Origin: Mobula hypostoma
Lineage: Eukaryota
Direction of reading: 5' to 3'
DNA length: 60,000 nucleotides
Assembly (NCBI RefSeq): GCF_963921235.1
Contig: NC_086097.1
Span: 83,578,001 to 83,638,000, forward strand
Under the pieces are notes generated by a model. It searched no databases, was not told the origin of the DNA, and saw only the letters and a list, made by a program, of their open reading frames with translations. Shown piece after piece: positions 24,512 to 38,500 of the stretch (position 1 is the stretch's first letter; each line of letters opens with the position of its first letter). The position numbers and the translations under genes were made by a program.

Positions 24512-26107
24512 CAGTGGCATGCAAAAGTTTGGGCACCCCTGGTCAAGATTTCTGTTACTGTGAATAGCTAAGCGAGTAAAAGATGACCTGATTTCCAAAA
24601 GGCATAAAGTTAAAGATGACACATTTCTTTAATATTTTAAGCAAGATTATTATTTTATTTCTGTCTTTTATAGTTTCAAAATAATAAGGAAAAGGGCCCG
24701 AAGCAAAAGTTTGGGCACCCTGCATGGTCAGTACTTAGTAACACCCCCTTTGGCAAGTATCACAGCTTGTAAACACTTACTGTAGCCAGCTAAGAGTCTT
24801 TCAATTCTTGTTTGGGGGATTTTCGCCCAGTCTTCCTTGCAAAAGGCTTCTAGTTCTGTGAGATTCTTGGGCCGTCTTGCATGCACTGCTCTTTTGAGGT
24901 CTATCCACAGATTTTCGATGATGTTTATTTAGGTCAGCGGACTATGAGGGCCATCGCAAAACCTTCAGTTTACGTCTCTTGAGGTAGTCCATTGTGGATT
25001 ATGAAGTGTGTTTAAGATCATTATCCTGTTGTAGAAGCCATTCTCTTTTCATCTTCAGCTTTTTTACAGACGGTGTGATGTTTGCTTCCAGAATTTGCTG
25101 GTATTTAATTGAATTCATTCTTCTCTCTACCAGTGAAATGTTCCCCGTGCCACTGGCTGCAACACAAGCCCAAAGCATGATAGATCCACCCCCGTGCTTA
25201 ACAGTTGGAGAGGTGTTCTTTTCATGAAATTCTGCACCCTTTTTTCTGCAAACATACCTTTGCTCGTTGTGGCCAACAGGACTTATTTCCAAAGTGTATC
25301 AGGCTTGTTTAGATGTTCCTTTGCAAACTTCTGACACTGAATTTTGTGGTGAGGACACAGGAAAGGTTTTCTTCTGATGACTCTTCCATGAAGGTCATAT
25401 TTGTGCAGATGCTGCTGCACAGTAGAACCGTGCACCATCACTCCAGAGTCTGCTAAATCTTCCGGAAGGTCTTTTGCAGTCATACGAGGGTTTTGATTTG
25501 CCTTTCTAGCAATCCTATGAGCAGTTCTCTCGGAAAGTTTTCTTGGTCTTCCAGACCTCAACTTGACCTCCACCGTTCTTGTTAACTGCCATTTCTTAAT
25601 TACATTAGGAACTGAGGAAACGGCTACCTGAAAATGCTTTGCTATCTTCTTATAGCCTTCTCCTGCTTTGTGGGCATCATTTATTTTAATTTTCAGAGTG
25701 CTAGGCAGCTGCTTAGAGGAGCCCATGGCTGCAGATTGTTGGGACAAGGTTTGAGGAGTCAGGGTATATATTATAAAGCTTTGAAATTTGCATCACCTGG
25801 CCTTTCCTAACGATGATTGTGAACAAGCCATAGCTCTAACAAGCTAATTAAGGTCTGAGACCTTGTTAAAAGTTATCTGAGAGCTCAAATCTCTTGGGGG
25901 GCCCAAACTTTTGCATAGTGCTCCTTTCCTTTTTTTCACTCTAAAATTGTACAAGACAAAAATAATACGCTAATCTTGCTTAAAATGTTGAAAAGAATGT
26001 TTCATCTTTAACTTCATGACTTTTGGAGATCGGTTCATCTTCTACTCACTTAACTATTCACAGTAACAGAAATTTTGACTGGGGTGCCCAAACTTTTGCT
26101 GTCGCTG
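24512..26107 (-). mobile_element. Full-length Tc1 element with IR/DR ends and a disabled DD34E transposase (24728-25726)
   Basis: TA flanks; ~210-bp inverted ends with four gcaaaagtttgggcaccc-type DRs (24521, 24703, 25897, 26082); GEGYKKIAK, SGRPRK, KHGGGSIMLW, QQDND...DLN(I)IENLW; stops and indels, first catalytic D deleted. Confidence 0.95.
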
Positions 26108-26899
26108 TATATGTAATGTTATGATCTGGGCACTAGAGGGTGCAACAGTTCAGCAATGATTTGTATGCATTTTTGGGGTTTTTTTATGACTGAATTGTCT
26201 CAATATGATCATTACTATCTGATGTCTTTTATAGTTACACAAGTGACATTAATGTTTAATCTTGTGTGTTTGCATAAGCTTTCTCATCTTTCATAAGATT
26301 TCAGTATATATTGATGACGCTGTTAATGCTAAAAGGGTTCAAGAATATATCCTTGAAAAACAATTTTTTTGTTTTGAACTTAAAATTACACATCTGAAAA
26401 TTTATGGATCAGTTTAAACTGAATTTTTTGTTTTCACTTGGCTGATAAACTTGACTTAAATACACTTCTAATTACACTTCTGCTATAGCATGATGATATA
26501 GCATAATTTCCAAATAGTTTTAAGGACTTCTTAAGGAAAAAGAGCAGTGTAGTGATATAAGTGCCCAGAGTGTTTCCTTGTGGAATGCAGCACTAAAAAC
26601 TTCATAATGTGCTGGATTGTGTTGATGGAGGCTGGTAGATTCAGAGAAAGCTGCAAGATAGCAGTGTAATGCATTTTAGACTTCTATTCCTGCATACTAC
26701 GGTGCAAAAGTCAGGAATACTAGTTCAATTTTCACACACACAGCATCTGACCATCCCCATATCCCCAGCATTTTCTCTAATTTCCTGTGCTGCATTTTGG
26801 TTTCCAGTGGTTCGCTATTTTGCCAGTCAATGTCATACATCTAGCACGTCACATTCATTTGAATGAGGGTAACCAACCTTCATTTAAAACATATCCACA

Positions 26900-27550
26900 T
26901 ATTTGAAATGAATGAGTACAGCTGGATCAGTAGCAGTAAGCAGGCAGGTGTAGCAAGTAGTTAGTAAGCCAAATGGCACATGGAGATATATTGCAAAGGA
27001 GTTATTTTGAAAATAGAAAAGTATTGTTACAATTATACAGCATGTTGAAGTATTGTGCACACTTTTTGTCCCCTTTTTTTTAAGAAAGGATGCACAAGCT
27101 CGAAGGCATTCCAAGAGTGGTTCACAAGGCAAACTCCTGGGATAAGTTAGCTTCCTATCATGAATGTAGCTAAAGAAACTGGATCCATATTCTTTGGAGT
27201 TTAGAAGAATTAAGGATAATCTTATTGAAGCATAAGATCCTAAGTAGGCACGAGGGCGTAGATGTCAAGATGTTTCATTAGTGGGAGAATCTTGAATGAC
27301 AAGACAGCAAACATTTAAAACTGAGGTGTGTAGGAACTACTTCTCTCAAAGATGATGAATCTCTGGAATTCTCTACCACAGAACATTATAGAGACTAGAT
27401 CATTGCAGGTATTTAAAGAGGAGACTGAATTTTTTTTTTGTGTAATATTAGTCATTTGAAAGGAACTGAGGCCTGGGTAGGTCAGCCATGCTCATACTGA
27501 ATGATGCAGCAGGATTGAGGGAGCAGGTGGCCTACTCCTTTTCCTGCTTT
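26900..27550 (+). mobile_element. Degenerate CR1 LINE 3' fragment
   Basis: ttggagtttagaagaattaaggataatcttattgaa, ttctctcaaagatgatgaatctctggaattctctacc, tail ggcctactccttttcctg. Confidence 0.7.
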
Positions 27551-27599
27551 GGTTTGTCCTTCTGTAGCTTTAGATGTCTTTGTTTTAAAATTTGAGCTA

Positions 27600-28872
27600 C
27601 ACCCTCTCCTTGTTGTATGCGAGGGATACGTTCCTCGAAGTTGACACATAATGTGAAATCGCATAATGTGAATAACTATTTAAATAGAGAAAATAGGGAT
27701 GCATTCCAGAGGGTTTCCTAAATATGTTTTATTTCTAATTTATTCACATTTTCATACCAATACGACGCAAAGGCCTTACTACAAGACAACATTTGTATTA
27801 TATTTAATCAATTTAAGGTCATATTCAGTGTAGTAAATCATAGAAAGTTAACATCTTCTGGTGTACAGTACTCACCAACAATGGCAGGTGTATTCACTCA
27901 GGGAGATGAGTGGTTGTTGTGGTGTCACAACACAGCTTTACACAGATAAGGTGGATGGTTGTGGTCGTCAGGATCATAACAAGCACAGCAAGGGGTGAAG
28001 GAAGACTCACAGAACTCTTAGAACTGCTGGCAGCAGAAGATTACAGCAATTTGAATAAAGTGGTGAGGGTTGTTTGCTTGGCAGCATTTTGTTTTTCAGC
28101 ATAAATTTGCTTGTAGGGGAGAAAGGTTGACAGCAGGGAACGACTGAAATGCTGACTCCGTTCTAAATTTGGTTCCATGTCCATCGCCATTTGTGCCAAG
28201 TGTTCCGACTTCCACCATTCCTCACCGTTGGTAAACTCCCGGGATTTTCAAAATCGTCTGTTGCTTACAGCATCTGAGAGATAGTTCGCAGTAAAAAAAA
28301 TATGTACGCCTTGAATGTGGATCACACCAGTCGAGTGGTTGTACCAGCGATGTTGTGTTAGGCGGCGGGAAACACTCTGTTGTGTTAGGATGAATGCTGT
28401 CCAAATGTTTAGGATGGGCTTGCGTATTGTCAAGCAACAAAAGAATTTTAAAAGCAAGATTCTGTTCCCAGCAGTAGCATCCCAGAGCTGTGTTACCTTC
28501 AGCTGATGCCGCGCTGTTTATAATTTCCAACTTTTTTTCAAGTGTTAAAGCGGTTCTCTGCCACTCAGCTGACGGCCCAGGACATGACATCGGACGCTTA
28601 GGAGGCATAGTTAAATATTTCAAGCACAAAATCACTGCACCGTAGGTAAAACCAACACTTAAGATCGCACGTACACACCTTGCCAAAACCAATGCGAGAG
28701 TGGCGGGAGAGAGATGGTGAGGCGCGCGCACCTGACTTGTATTAGCGGGAAGGCGGTGCTCCTCGCATAACTGTGAATTTTGGACGCATATAACGGGACG
28801 TTGGTAGAAATAGGTTCCTCGCATAACTGTGAATCTGCATAGTCTGAAGATGCATATAACGAGGATAAGGTG
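27600..28872 (-). mobile_element. pogo/Tigger-like DNA transposon, internally deleted
   Basis: TA flanks; imperfect TIRs CACCCTCTCCTTGTTGTATGC / GCATATAACGAGGATAAGGTG; ORF from 28608 MPPKRP..RTALTLEKKLEII fused to KILLLLDN..AHP...PPNTTSLVQPLD. Confidence 0.9.
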
Positions 28873-29369
28873 TATATATTTTTAAATAACAGTTTTGTAT
28901 ATGCTTTAAATATTTTTAATTACTCCTCCACATTGCGTTGGAAAATATTTTTACTGCTTCCAACTTTTCTCTTATCATTAGTGATTTGCCAGGGGCCATC
29001 AGAGTGTTCTGCTTGGTTCCCACAGTTTGCAACCCAATCGGTACTTGTATCCTCCTGCACCTTATAGTTGGGTTCCAGTACCAAGGCCAAAACTGTAACA
29101 CTATTGGGAACTGTGGGGCTAGCATTGACAGTGACTGCAAAGTATGGTCTGGATATAGTCCTTTGGGGGGAGGGGGTGTCAGGTTAACACGATTTGGTCC
29201 AAATTTTGCCTATAAAGCAACTGCTGTTTGTGGTGCAAAATCTTAACAATGGTGAAGTAAACATTATGTGAAAATACAAAATAGTAATTTTCATGAGTCA
29301 CTGCTGTGACAATCATGAAGCAATATTACCTTTTGCCAAGAAATCAAAGCTCTAAACTCATTATACTTG

Positions 29370-29468
29370 TAACCTGATGTGAAGTTTCAACCCAAAATAT
29401 CAACAGTTGCTTCCTCCCGGAGAGGCTGCTTGACCTGTTGAGGCTTTTGAGATTGTTGCTTGTGTTTA
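29370..29468 (+). repeat. Degenerate Penelope pLTR/hammerhead remnant
   Basis: cctgatgtgaagtttcaacccaaaatatcaac...gctgcttgacctgttgag...tgtgttt resembles 3530-3625. Confidence 0.55.
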
Positions 29469-29954
29469 CCAGTGTATTGGCCAACCACACAGACTTGGAG
29501 ATGCCACGTTCTCTTGCCAGTCTGCACTGAGCTAGCAATAGCTGCATGCAATGTTGCTAAGATTGTCAAGAGGTATGAAAGACCCAACATTCTGTTCTCT
29601 CTAATAACACTGGACAACAAATTTTTTTCAGAAGTGTTGCTTCCTCAGAATTTTTTCTTGTTTATGTGAACACAAATATAATTTCAGACTACTTGTATCA
29701 CGTAGGAATTTGGAGAAACAAATTAACATTTATTGAATATAATGTGTTTAATTGCATAATGGCGCTGATGCTTTGCAATAGTTCAACTAAGTTAAAAATA
29801 TTTTGTTAATGATTTTCATTTGTACTCAGTGTCTGAGGCTTCTCGTTTAAGTATCCGACAATAATTTGCCAGCATTGATGGATTCCAGATGCCCTGCTAT
29901 CTTTTCTCCATGACCTCAATGTCCTGGTGAAACCTTTCACCATGCTCGTCACTA

Positions 29955-30720
29955 ACAGGACCTTTGAGGTCCTGCTTCTTGGCTTCCTTACTAACTGCCT
30001 GTATTCTTTTTTCAGAAGCTCCTCCCTTTTTCTACGTATGACCTTGGTACCAATATGTACCAGGACTTCTGGATGCTCACCCTCCCTTTTCAAGATATTG
30101 TGGACTTGTTCAGAAACATTGCAGACCCTGGCCACCTACCATCTGTGTTTCATTTAGGTGCCGACAGAATCACCTGTCTGTCCCCCTGACTATAGAGTCC
30201 CCTATTACTGCTGCCATCCTCTACAGTTCCCTGCCCTTCTGAGCCACAGGGTCAGACTCAGTACCAGAGCCACAGCTGCTGTTGCTTTCCCCCGGGTAGG
30301 TTGTCCTCTCCCACCACTCCCAACAGTACTCAAAATGGAGTATTTATTGTTGAGAGGGACGGCCACAGGGGTGCTCTCCACTATCTTACGTTCTCCCTTC
30401 CCTCTCCTGACAGTCACCCATTTATCTGTCGCTTGTAGCCTTGGGGTGACTGCCTCCCTGTAACTCCTGTCTATCACGGCTTCACTTTCCCTGACAAGCC
30501 GAAGGTCACTGAGCTGCAGCTCTGGTTCCCTAGCACGGTCTCCAAGGGGCTGCATCTGGATGCACCTGGCACAGATGTAGCCATCAGGGAGGCTGGAAGT
30601 CTCCTGGAAATCCCACATCTGACACCCAGAACAGAACACTGGCTCTGTAGACATACTCACTATTCTTTCAAGATTTACATAAGAAATAAGGAATGAACTT
30701 ACCTACTTGCCTTGCCTCCG
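29955..30720 (-). mobile_element. CR1 LINE 5' fragment encoding ORF1 (zinc finger/coiled coil and SGNH esterase remnant)
   Basis: VFCSGCQMW...YICARC, WVTVRRGK, VPLNNKYSIL, ARV.NV...EHPEVLVHIGT. Confidence 0.85.
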
Positions 30721-30784
30721 CCTGTTCTTGTTGAAAGCATCCAGCATTAGTGTTTAACACTGATTCACTGCATCACTTGGAGTC

Positions 30785-31645
30785 ATAAAACATTAGAGTA
30801 CTCATCGGTGAGTCCATGTCAACCATCGTACTCATCCAGCTCGTCCCAATTACGTGTGCTCAGCCCACATCTCTCTAAGCTCCATCCCTGAACATACCTG
30901 TCCAAGTGCTGCTTAAATGATACTACTGTACCTGCCTCAACCATTTCCTCTTAGCAGCTTGTTCCATATTCTTAACTCCCCCTGCATGGAAAAAATTGCC
31001 TCCTCACACTGTCCCTTTTTAAAATATTTCCTTATGCACCCTAAGTTTTCGCCCTCTAGTTTTGGACTTCCCTACCCTGAAGAAAAACTGTTACCATCCA
31101 CAATATCTATGTCTCTCATAATATTAAACATTTCTATAATGTTGTCCCTCGTTCTTTTGCGTTCGAAGGAATGAAGATCAAGCCTGGCCAACCTCTCCCT
31201 ATCACACAGGCCCTCCAGTCCTGGCAACATCCTTGTAAATGTTTAATGCAATCTTTGCTCAATGCTCGGCTAAACCAGCGTGCTAAACCACACTGCTCTC
31301 AATGAACTATACACTTGTACTCACAGACCTCCCTGTTGCATTAGACTCCATCTGCCCTACCATTCATAGTGTAAGTGCTATGTTGGTTGGACCTTCTAAA
31401 CAGTATCACCTCAAACTTGCCTAAATTGCAATCCATTTGCTGCTCCCTAGCCCTCTTCCTTAACTGATCAAGATCCCCCTGTAATCTACGATAACCTTCT
31501 CCAACTATCAACAACACATCCTAATTTTGTGTCATCTGGGAACCTGCTGATCAAGTCTTGTGCATTCACATCCAAATCAGTTATATAAATAACGAATGAT
31601 ATGAGTCCAAACACTGACATCTGAGGCATACCACTAGTCACAAGA
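30785..31645 (-). mobile_element. CR1 LINE 3' fragment
   Basis: VTSGMPQMSVFG..FVIYITDLD...ISRFPDDTKLG; 3' tail near 30790. Confidence 0.8.
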
Positions 31646-32439
31646 GTGTAATATCTGAGTAGAAGACTTAATATTAGCCCACAATTGCAATCATGTCTTG
31701 AAACTAGACTATTCAAAAGCAAAGTATTTGTAGTTTAACAGACAACCTTGCATAACTGCAAATATTATGTTTGTCATGGTCTTGATTTGGATTTTAAATT
31801 CCTGGAATTTAATGAAATTCCTGAGTACTGCTGAGTAGTAAAAGTAACAAATGTTTGCTTATCAAAATTGAAATTTAAAGATACGCCTTGCTTCAAAATT
31901 ACTTTCCATGATGTTTTATCTGTGCAACTGCTTGTGGCTTGCGGATTCTGATACCTTACAACTTACTAGATTTGTGTTGAACAAGAATTTATTTTGTAAG
32001 CTAGGATTATGTTACAGCATGAACTCTGTTGATCAAATTCTCTGTATAAGACTGATGGGAACGTAGACTGCTTTACATGCTCTTTAACCTGCACATCAGA
32101 TCTGTTCATTCACCAGAATCAGATTAAATAGACTATGCAGCCCTTTAAGACTGCTGTGATATTAAATATGATTAATGTTATTTATCTATTCCCATGCTCT
32201 CATTATAATCTTTGATGGATATTGCATCTACATGAAAATTTTATGGTGACTTAGCCTCTACAGCCCCTGTGTAGCAAATTCCACACATTTATTGCTCTCA
32301 TTTCTCTTTATTCAGGTCTTAAATCTATGACTGTGACCACTTCTAGATACCTCAGTCTGGAGAAGCATCCGCGCTACATTCAATAACTTTAGCCCCAAGA
32401 ATCCCTTCTCATTCTTCTAAACTCTGGTGAATAAAGGGT

Positions 32440-32745
32440 ACAGGGTGGCATAGTGGGAGGGTGGCACTGTAGTGTGGCAGTTAATGTAACGCTTTACAGT
32501 GCCATCTGCTGTCTGTAAGGAGCTCATATGTTCTCTCTGTAACAGTGTGAGTTTCCTCTGGGTGCTCTGGTTTCACTCCACATTTCAAGGACTTGTGAGT
32601 TGGGGTTAATCAGTTTTGGGCATGTTGTGTTGGCATTGAAAGCATGGCGACCTTTGTAGGCTGCTCCAGCACATTCTCACACGAATGATGCATTTCACCG
32701 TATGCTTTGATGCACAAGTGGCAAACAAAGCTAATCTTCTATTAC
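32440..32745 (+). mobile_element. V-type SINE
   Basis: gtggcactgtagtgtggcagtt head; gtgagtttcctctgggtgctctggtttcactccacatttcaaggac core. Confidence 0.7.
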
Positions 32746-34484
32746 AAATCAAGTGCCTTAATGTCTTGAGTGGCACTCCCAGCATCCCCAGAGTGGTGAA
32801 TCCCTCCCCAGCAATACATCCTTTCTGAGGTAAGGAAACCGAAACAGCACCACTTTCTTTTCAATGCATTGGACCTCATATTTCCCCATGACTCGGAGGT
32901 AATTCTCATTACATTAGGCTGGATTTGTTGTGCATTCCTACCTAGCTGCTCCGCATTTCAACAAACGAGTACATCTGACCTCTTGTTTTGCCCTTGAGTT
33001 TAGGGACATTCAAGTACATGTTAAAACAAATACCAAATGAATTTCTTAACCGGCTCCTTAGCTTTACACCATCTATGGTTGATGCATCCAATGTAGTCCT
33101 GTTTATTTGAATGAAGCTAACAGACATCGTTAAAAACTTAATGAATATAAGTAGTGTTTTATAACATTATTCTAGTTGGTATTCATAATACTTTTAATTT
33201 AAATTTGAATGTGTTTGCTATAATTATTTTTAAATATAATTATTTAAATGATTTTTTCATTGTTTCTAAATTTATCTGACTATCAAGAGCTTTCAGAATG
33301 CTATCAGGATAGTCCTGGAGTGAAGTGATGCTGTCAGTTTCCACCACCTGCTCATGGGCTGTTTCACTTTTCTTTTTATTCATACTTGGGATGTAAGTGT
33401 TGCTGGAAATGCTGACATTATTTTCCATGCCTGACTGCCCGAGGAAATGATGCCAATTATTACTGAAAGTAATTAACATTAATTACATTTATTTTGCATT
33501 GTATTAAAATTTTCTGTCTATCGTGGTGGGATTTGAACTTAATCGTGGCATTTCTATTATTTACTGGCCTGCTATGAAGTGTAGAATTTTGCACAAATGG
33601 CATCAGAACAAGCGTACACAGCATGTGGTGTTTGTTACACCTGCCCAGTACCCTCTCTGTTCGTGCATGTCAAACACACTGACAACCCAAAGTGGAAATC
33701 CTAATCTGTACCAGGATTTTTTTCATATTTTCCCAAAAGTAATTATTTTCTGCGGCACATTAAGAAATAGTGTTATTCAAAAGAATTTCTAGCACACAAG
33801 TTTTTTTAAATGTTTTCTCATGTTTTGACTATTTGATAATACTAAGCAAGATCAAAAATTAAAGGTTTATCCTTTAACTTGCAATTAAACAATAGTCTGA
33901 AATAGAAGCATTATTCTACAAAAAGATGTAAATTTGAAATGACAATGTAGTGGAAATGCCCAGCAGGTCTGTTTTTGCTATATTGCAGTACTGTTCAGCT
34001 TGATAAATTACAAATGGTGTTAATTAGATAACATTCTCTTTATTTTTGACTATACAGAATGTTGAATCTCATTTGGCCAGTTGTCAAAACTTCAGCCTGA
34101 ATACACTTGAACGTGGAAACGATATTGTTGAGAAATAAGCTTAAGCAGCCTCCATCTCTGAGTATATCCGCAATGAAACCTCTGTTTAAATGCTGTCTGG
34201 TCCCTTGGTTTTCAGTTCTAAGTAAACACCATAGTAAAGTCGAAAGCATGCTTTTTCATTCTGAAGTCCTTGCTTCAAATATCTTCAAATCAATATTGAG
34301 AGCAAAGCAAGCTGTATTGGAAATGAGATAGGAATTAAATGCACACAAAGTTCTTTGCATCTTTTGGCATGGGGCTGTATTAAGGTTTTGACATAAAAGC
34401 TAGATGCAAAAGATAGAAAAATGAAGGACTGTGTGGGAGGGAAGGGGTAGGTTGATTTTAGAGTAGATTTAAAGGTCTGCAAAG

Positions 34485-35013
34485 GTGGTGTTCAGTTCTG
34501 GTCACCTCACTACAGGAAGGATGTGGAAACTATAGAATGGGTGCAGAGGAGATTTGCAAGGATGTTGCCTGGATTGGGGAGCATGCCCTATGAGAATAGG
34601 TTGAGTGAACTCGGCCTTTTCTCCTTGGAGCGGCGGAGGATGAGAGGTGACCTGATAAAGGTGTATAAGATGATGAGAGGCATTGATCGTGTGGATAGTC
34701 AGAGGATTTTTCCCAGGGCTGAAATGGCTAACATGAGAGGGCACAGTTTTAAGGTGCTTGGAAGTAAGTACAGAGGAGATGTCAGGGGTAAGTCTTTTTT
34801 ACACAGAGAATGGTGAGTGCGTGGAATGGGCTGCCGGCGATGGTGGTGGAGGCAGATACGATAGGGTCTTTTAAGAGACTCCTGGATATGTACGTGGAGC
34901 TTAGAGAAATAGAGAGCTATAGGTAACCCTAGGTAATTTCTAAAGTAAGTACATGTTCAGCACAGCACTGTGGGCCGAAGGGCCTGTATTGTGCTGTAGG
35001 TTTTCTATGTTTC
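34485..35013 (+). mobile_element. CR1 LINE 3' end (relatively young subfamily)
   Basis: VQFWSPHYRKDVETIEWVQRRFARMLPGL...LGLFSLERRRMRGDLIKVYKMMRGIDRVD; tail gggccgaagggcctgtattgtgctgtaggttttctatgtttct. Confidence 0.92.
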
Positions 35014-35019
35014 TGTGAC

Positions 35020-35590
35020 CTGGTGGTTTTGTGGTATCCTGAAATATTTGGTGAACTGGACCAACGGAAAAGAGGATGCAACCGTGGCAGCCATTACTGG
35101 AGCGAATGTGGGTCAGACTGAACCTTGTGGCTGGACTGAAGCAGCGGAGCCCAGAGAGCAGATAACGAGCTGATGTTTGGCTGGTTTAAACACCAAGCCA
35201 GGCTGAGGGCAGAGGACTAAACTGTGTTCAGCTCACTACTCCTAAAGGCTTTGCTTACATCAATGCTGAACTGACTGTGCAGCTTGCAACCATCGGCACT
35301 CGCCTCAGTACTGAACTTGACTCCGCAGCCATCAGGCTCCTTGACTGCTTGCATCACTGAGCTGGCTATATGTCTGTGGACTTACTTTTGGGTTCATGTT
35401 CTGTGGATTTTTTGCCTTTTATTATTGTTTGTATGATTTGTTCTTTTTCACACATTGGATGTATCGCTGTCTTTGTGGAGTGGGGTGTCTTGTGAATTCT
35501 ACTGTTTCCTTGTTTTGTGGGTGCCTTCAGGAAGATGAATCTCCAAGGTTGTATATGGTATACATACTTTGATAATAAATGTACTTTAAA
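35020..35590 (+). mobile_element. Non-autonomous element sharing the 3' tail of the Rex1-like LINE
   Basis: gaatctccaaggttgtatatggtatacatactttgataataaatgtacttt matches 17155-17210. Confidence 0.55.
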
Positions 35591-38500
35591 AAGGTCATTG
35601 AAGCCTGTCCTATGCTATAATGTTGTATGTTCTAGAAAACAAAGATGGAATGTTGCGAAAGTAACTTCCATTTTGTATTTAGTTTAATATTGTGATGATG
35701 CAGCTGCTGATGGGGTCCAAATGAATGGGTATTTTGATCTAGTGCTGTAGCTCTGGAAAATTAACGAAACCATGAAGAAATGTACATATTGTCAGAGAAT
35801 TTAAAATTGGAAATATTGGGGACTTGTTTACCACTTATTTTTAAGAAGGAAAAGGTCATAAACTTAGCTGAGGACACCATCAATGACACGGATTTATCCA
35901 GAGTGGCAAGGCTTGGAAGCCGGATTTGGGCCAATGCCTATAATAAAATTTCAGAAAGAAGCCAATTGAAACATTTGGTTTTGCTGATTCTAAGAAGGAA
36001 TTTCTTCACCCAGCTTTCTTCCCATAATTTGCAAGTTGGTACTGTTCAAGTAAAGGTCTGACTGGAAGACGTTTTGTTCCATGCTCAGAACAAGTGTGAG
36101 ATAAGGTGATGATCAGAATGAAAAGAGCTGAGGTCTTGCATGTAATTTTAGTGTTTTATAATTATTTGTCTCTTGTAATTCAGTCCAAGTAAAGGTGACA
36201 ATTTATTCATCATTTGGTGATGGGTTGTAATTCAGAGTTAATTTCATAAATTAATTTATTTTTCAATGTACCTTCTTTCACTGCTCTGAAAAACAATTTC
36301 TGCTCTTCATGCCTCATTTAAAAGAATGGAATACAGATTTGTTCAGTTTTAAAATCTTATACACATTTAAACAAAGGAACGTGGATTCAAAACTTTTTTC
36401 AGGTTTAAGGACTTAAGTAGATGAATAGCAGTTGAATCATTTTGTATGCTTGATTTTTAATGCCTGCTTATATTAAAGAATGCTTTTTTTTTGAAACATT
36501 CTCTATCTTCCTGAGTTTGCCTCCTACCCAATATGTATTCAGGCTGGAGTGGAATTCTGGAGGAAAAGAAATGTATTCTTGCACTTAAGCTCTACAAGCT
36601 CAATTGTAAATCTGTCCAGTGTGAGCAAACCGTTCTTGTGTTGAATTTACTTACCTTGCTTGATTTGCCTTTTTTTCTCTCTCATATTCGTTTTCCATCT
36701 CACAAATTGGTTTATCTAATCTAATGGAATAGACAGGACATTGAAGAGGTGAGATAGCATCTGTAAAAAGCAAAGCAGTTAATACTTGTGGTCAAAGATG
36801 CTTTGTCAGAACAGAAGAGGAAAAAAGCTGCAGAGGGCTATAATGCAAAAGTAGAGGTTATGCTGTAATTATTGAGGGCACCATTAGACTGTTTCTGGAG
36901 TACTATGTGGAGTACTGGTCTCCTTCATTACGAAACAATATTCATTTAAAACAGTTCCAAGAAGGTTTCCTTGATAAATACCTGGAATGAAGATGATGAT
37001 CAGTGTCATTTGTCACATGAACATCAAAACATGGTTTGTATCGAGAATACGTTGGAGACAGCTTGTCCGGCATTAGACACAGTCACAGGGAAGATATGCA
37101 AACTCCTCACAGATAGAGTGGGAATTGAGCCCAGATTGTAGAGCTGTCACTGTACCATGCTGCCGAGTCACACCCTACACCTCTGGTCAGATTGCCTTAT
37201 AAGAAAACTGTGGATAGTGTTGGTCCAGTCAAGATGAGCTGCAGTTTCTGTCCAGATTGAGGCTCAGTTTTTTTATTTAGGTTCATGCAGATGATTTTGG
37301 TGACAGAGGGGAGTTTGGTATCAAATTAGGGTTTAGGTACAGAGAATCTTGCATGTCCTCTTAAACGGTGGCAGTCTGAATGTAGGTTGGTTGTGAATTA
37401 AATCTGGGTAATTGCTAGGTGCAGAATGGCTGGTGGAAGATAGTATGTTAGTATTAAATACTAGTTTTGTAACATAATTTCATAAATATACATATTGAAT
37501 TCTGAACTAGTTGTAACAGTGTAAGTAGCAGGCTGTGAAGTCCAATTATTATGCAGTGAGCTTAGCAATATTTCATGTCATGCTCCCTGTTGCAAATTGC
37601 ATTGATCTTCATTATTTGCTTTTCAGTTTAGAAGCTGTTTACAATATTGATTTACTGTATATTTGAAAAACTGAATTTATTTCTTAATATTACCTGAGTA
37701 CAAAATTATATTTATTTTAAACTAATCTATACTTAGCATTTGTAAAAGAAGAATTTTATACTGGTTTGATTGACTGTGTTGAGGCATTCCTAGTCCCATC
37801 ACAAAGAAACTCTGTGGCTTATTAATTAGTAATTATCACTACAATAATCAGGTTTATATTTTAGCGAAGTGGGAAATGTAATGATGAATCTACTATGCTA
37901 TTATATACAAGATTGTGTAGATGATGCCTGATTTTAATATATATATTTATTACTGGTTATGTAACCAGTAGATTAAATCTTTAGTAGCTTTAGAATGTTA
38001 TTAACATTGAATCTCATTTATATCAGCCTTGAATAATGCAGTCTTTCATGACTCCAAATTAAGAACTCAACCTGACATCCTATCCATCTTAACACCACAT
38101 CCATATGTGTCAATTCCAAAAGCAATTAATTTTGTGATTTTTCTCACTGACCTTCTGACCTTCATTCTCCACAAATGTCAGCTTTTTCCAGAACTTTGCT
38201 GCTGCATATGTCTAGCTCAAGTCCTCATTCATCTCCTTTGGGGTCCCAGTGCTCCCACATGATCAAATAAAAACAATTCATTCTTATTCTCAGCTTTCCA
38301 TTGCCACCCCCTCACCTTTCTCGAATCTTCATCTCTCTGTAAAACTAGCTTCCTCTGTATTTTTCTCTTTCATCTAGCTTGGGCATTCTGCTCTGGATTA
38401 CCTCCGTAAACCTGTCAGGTTCCTCTGCTGCTTTAATACGCTCCTCAAACTGGACCTATTAGATCTAGGCTTTGTTTAACCATTTACTTCTCTTGCTCAT

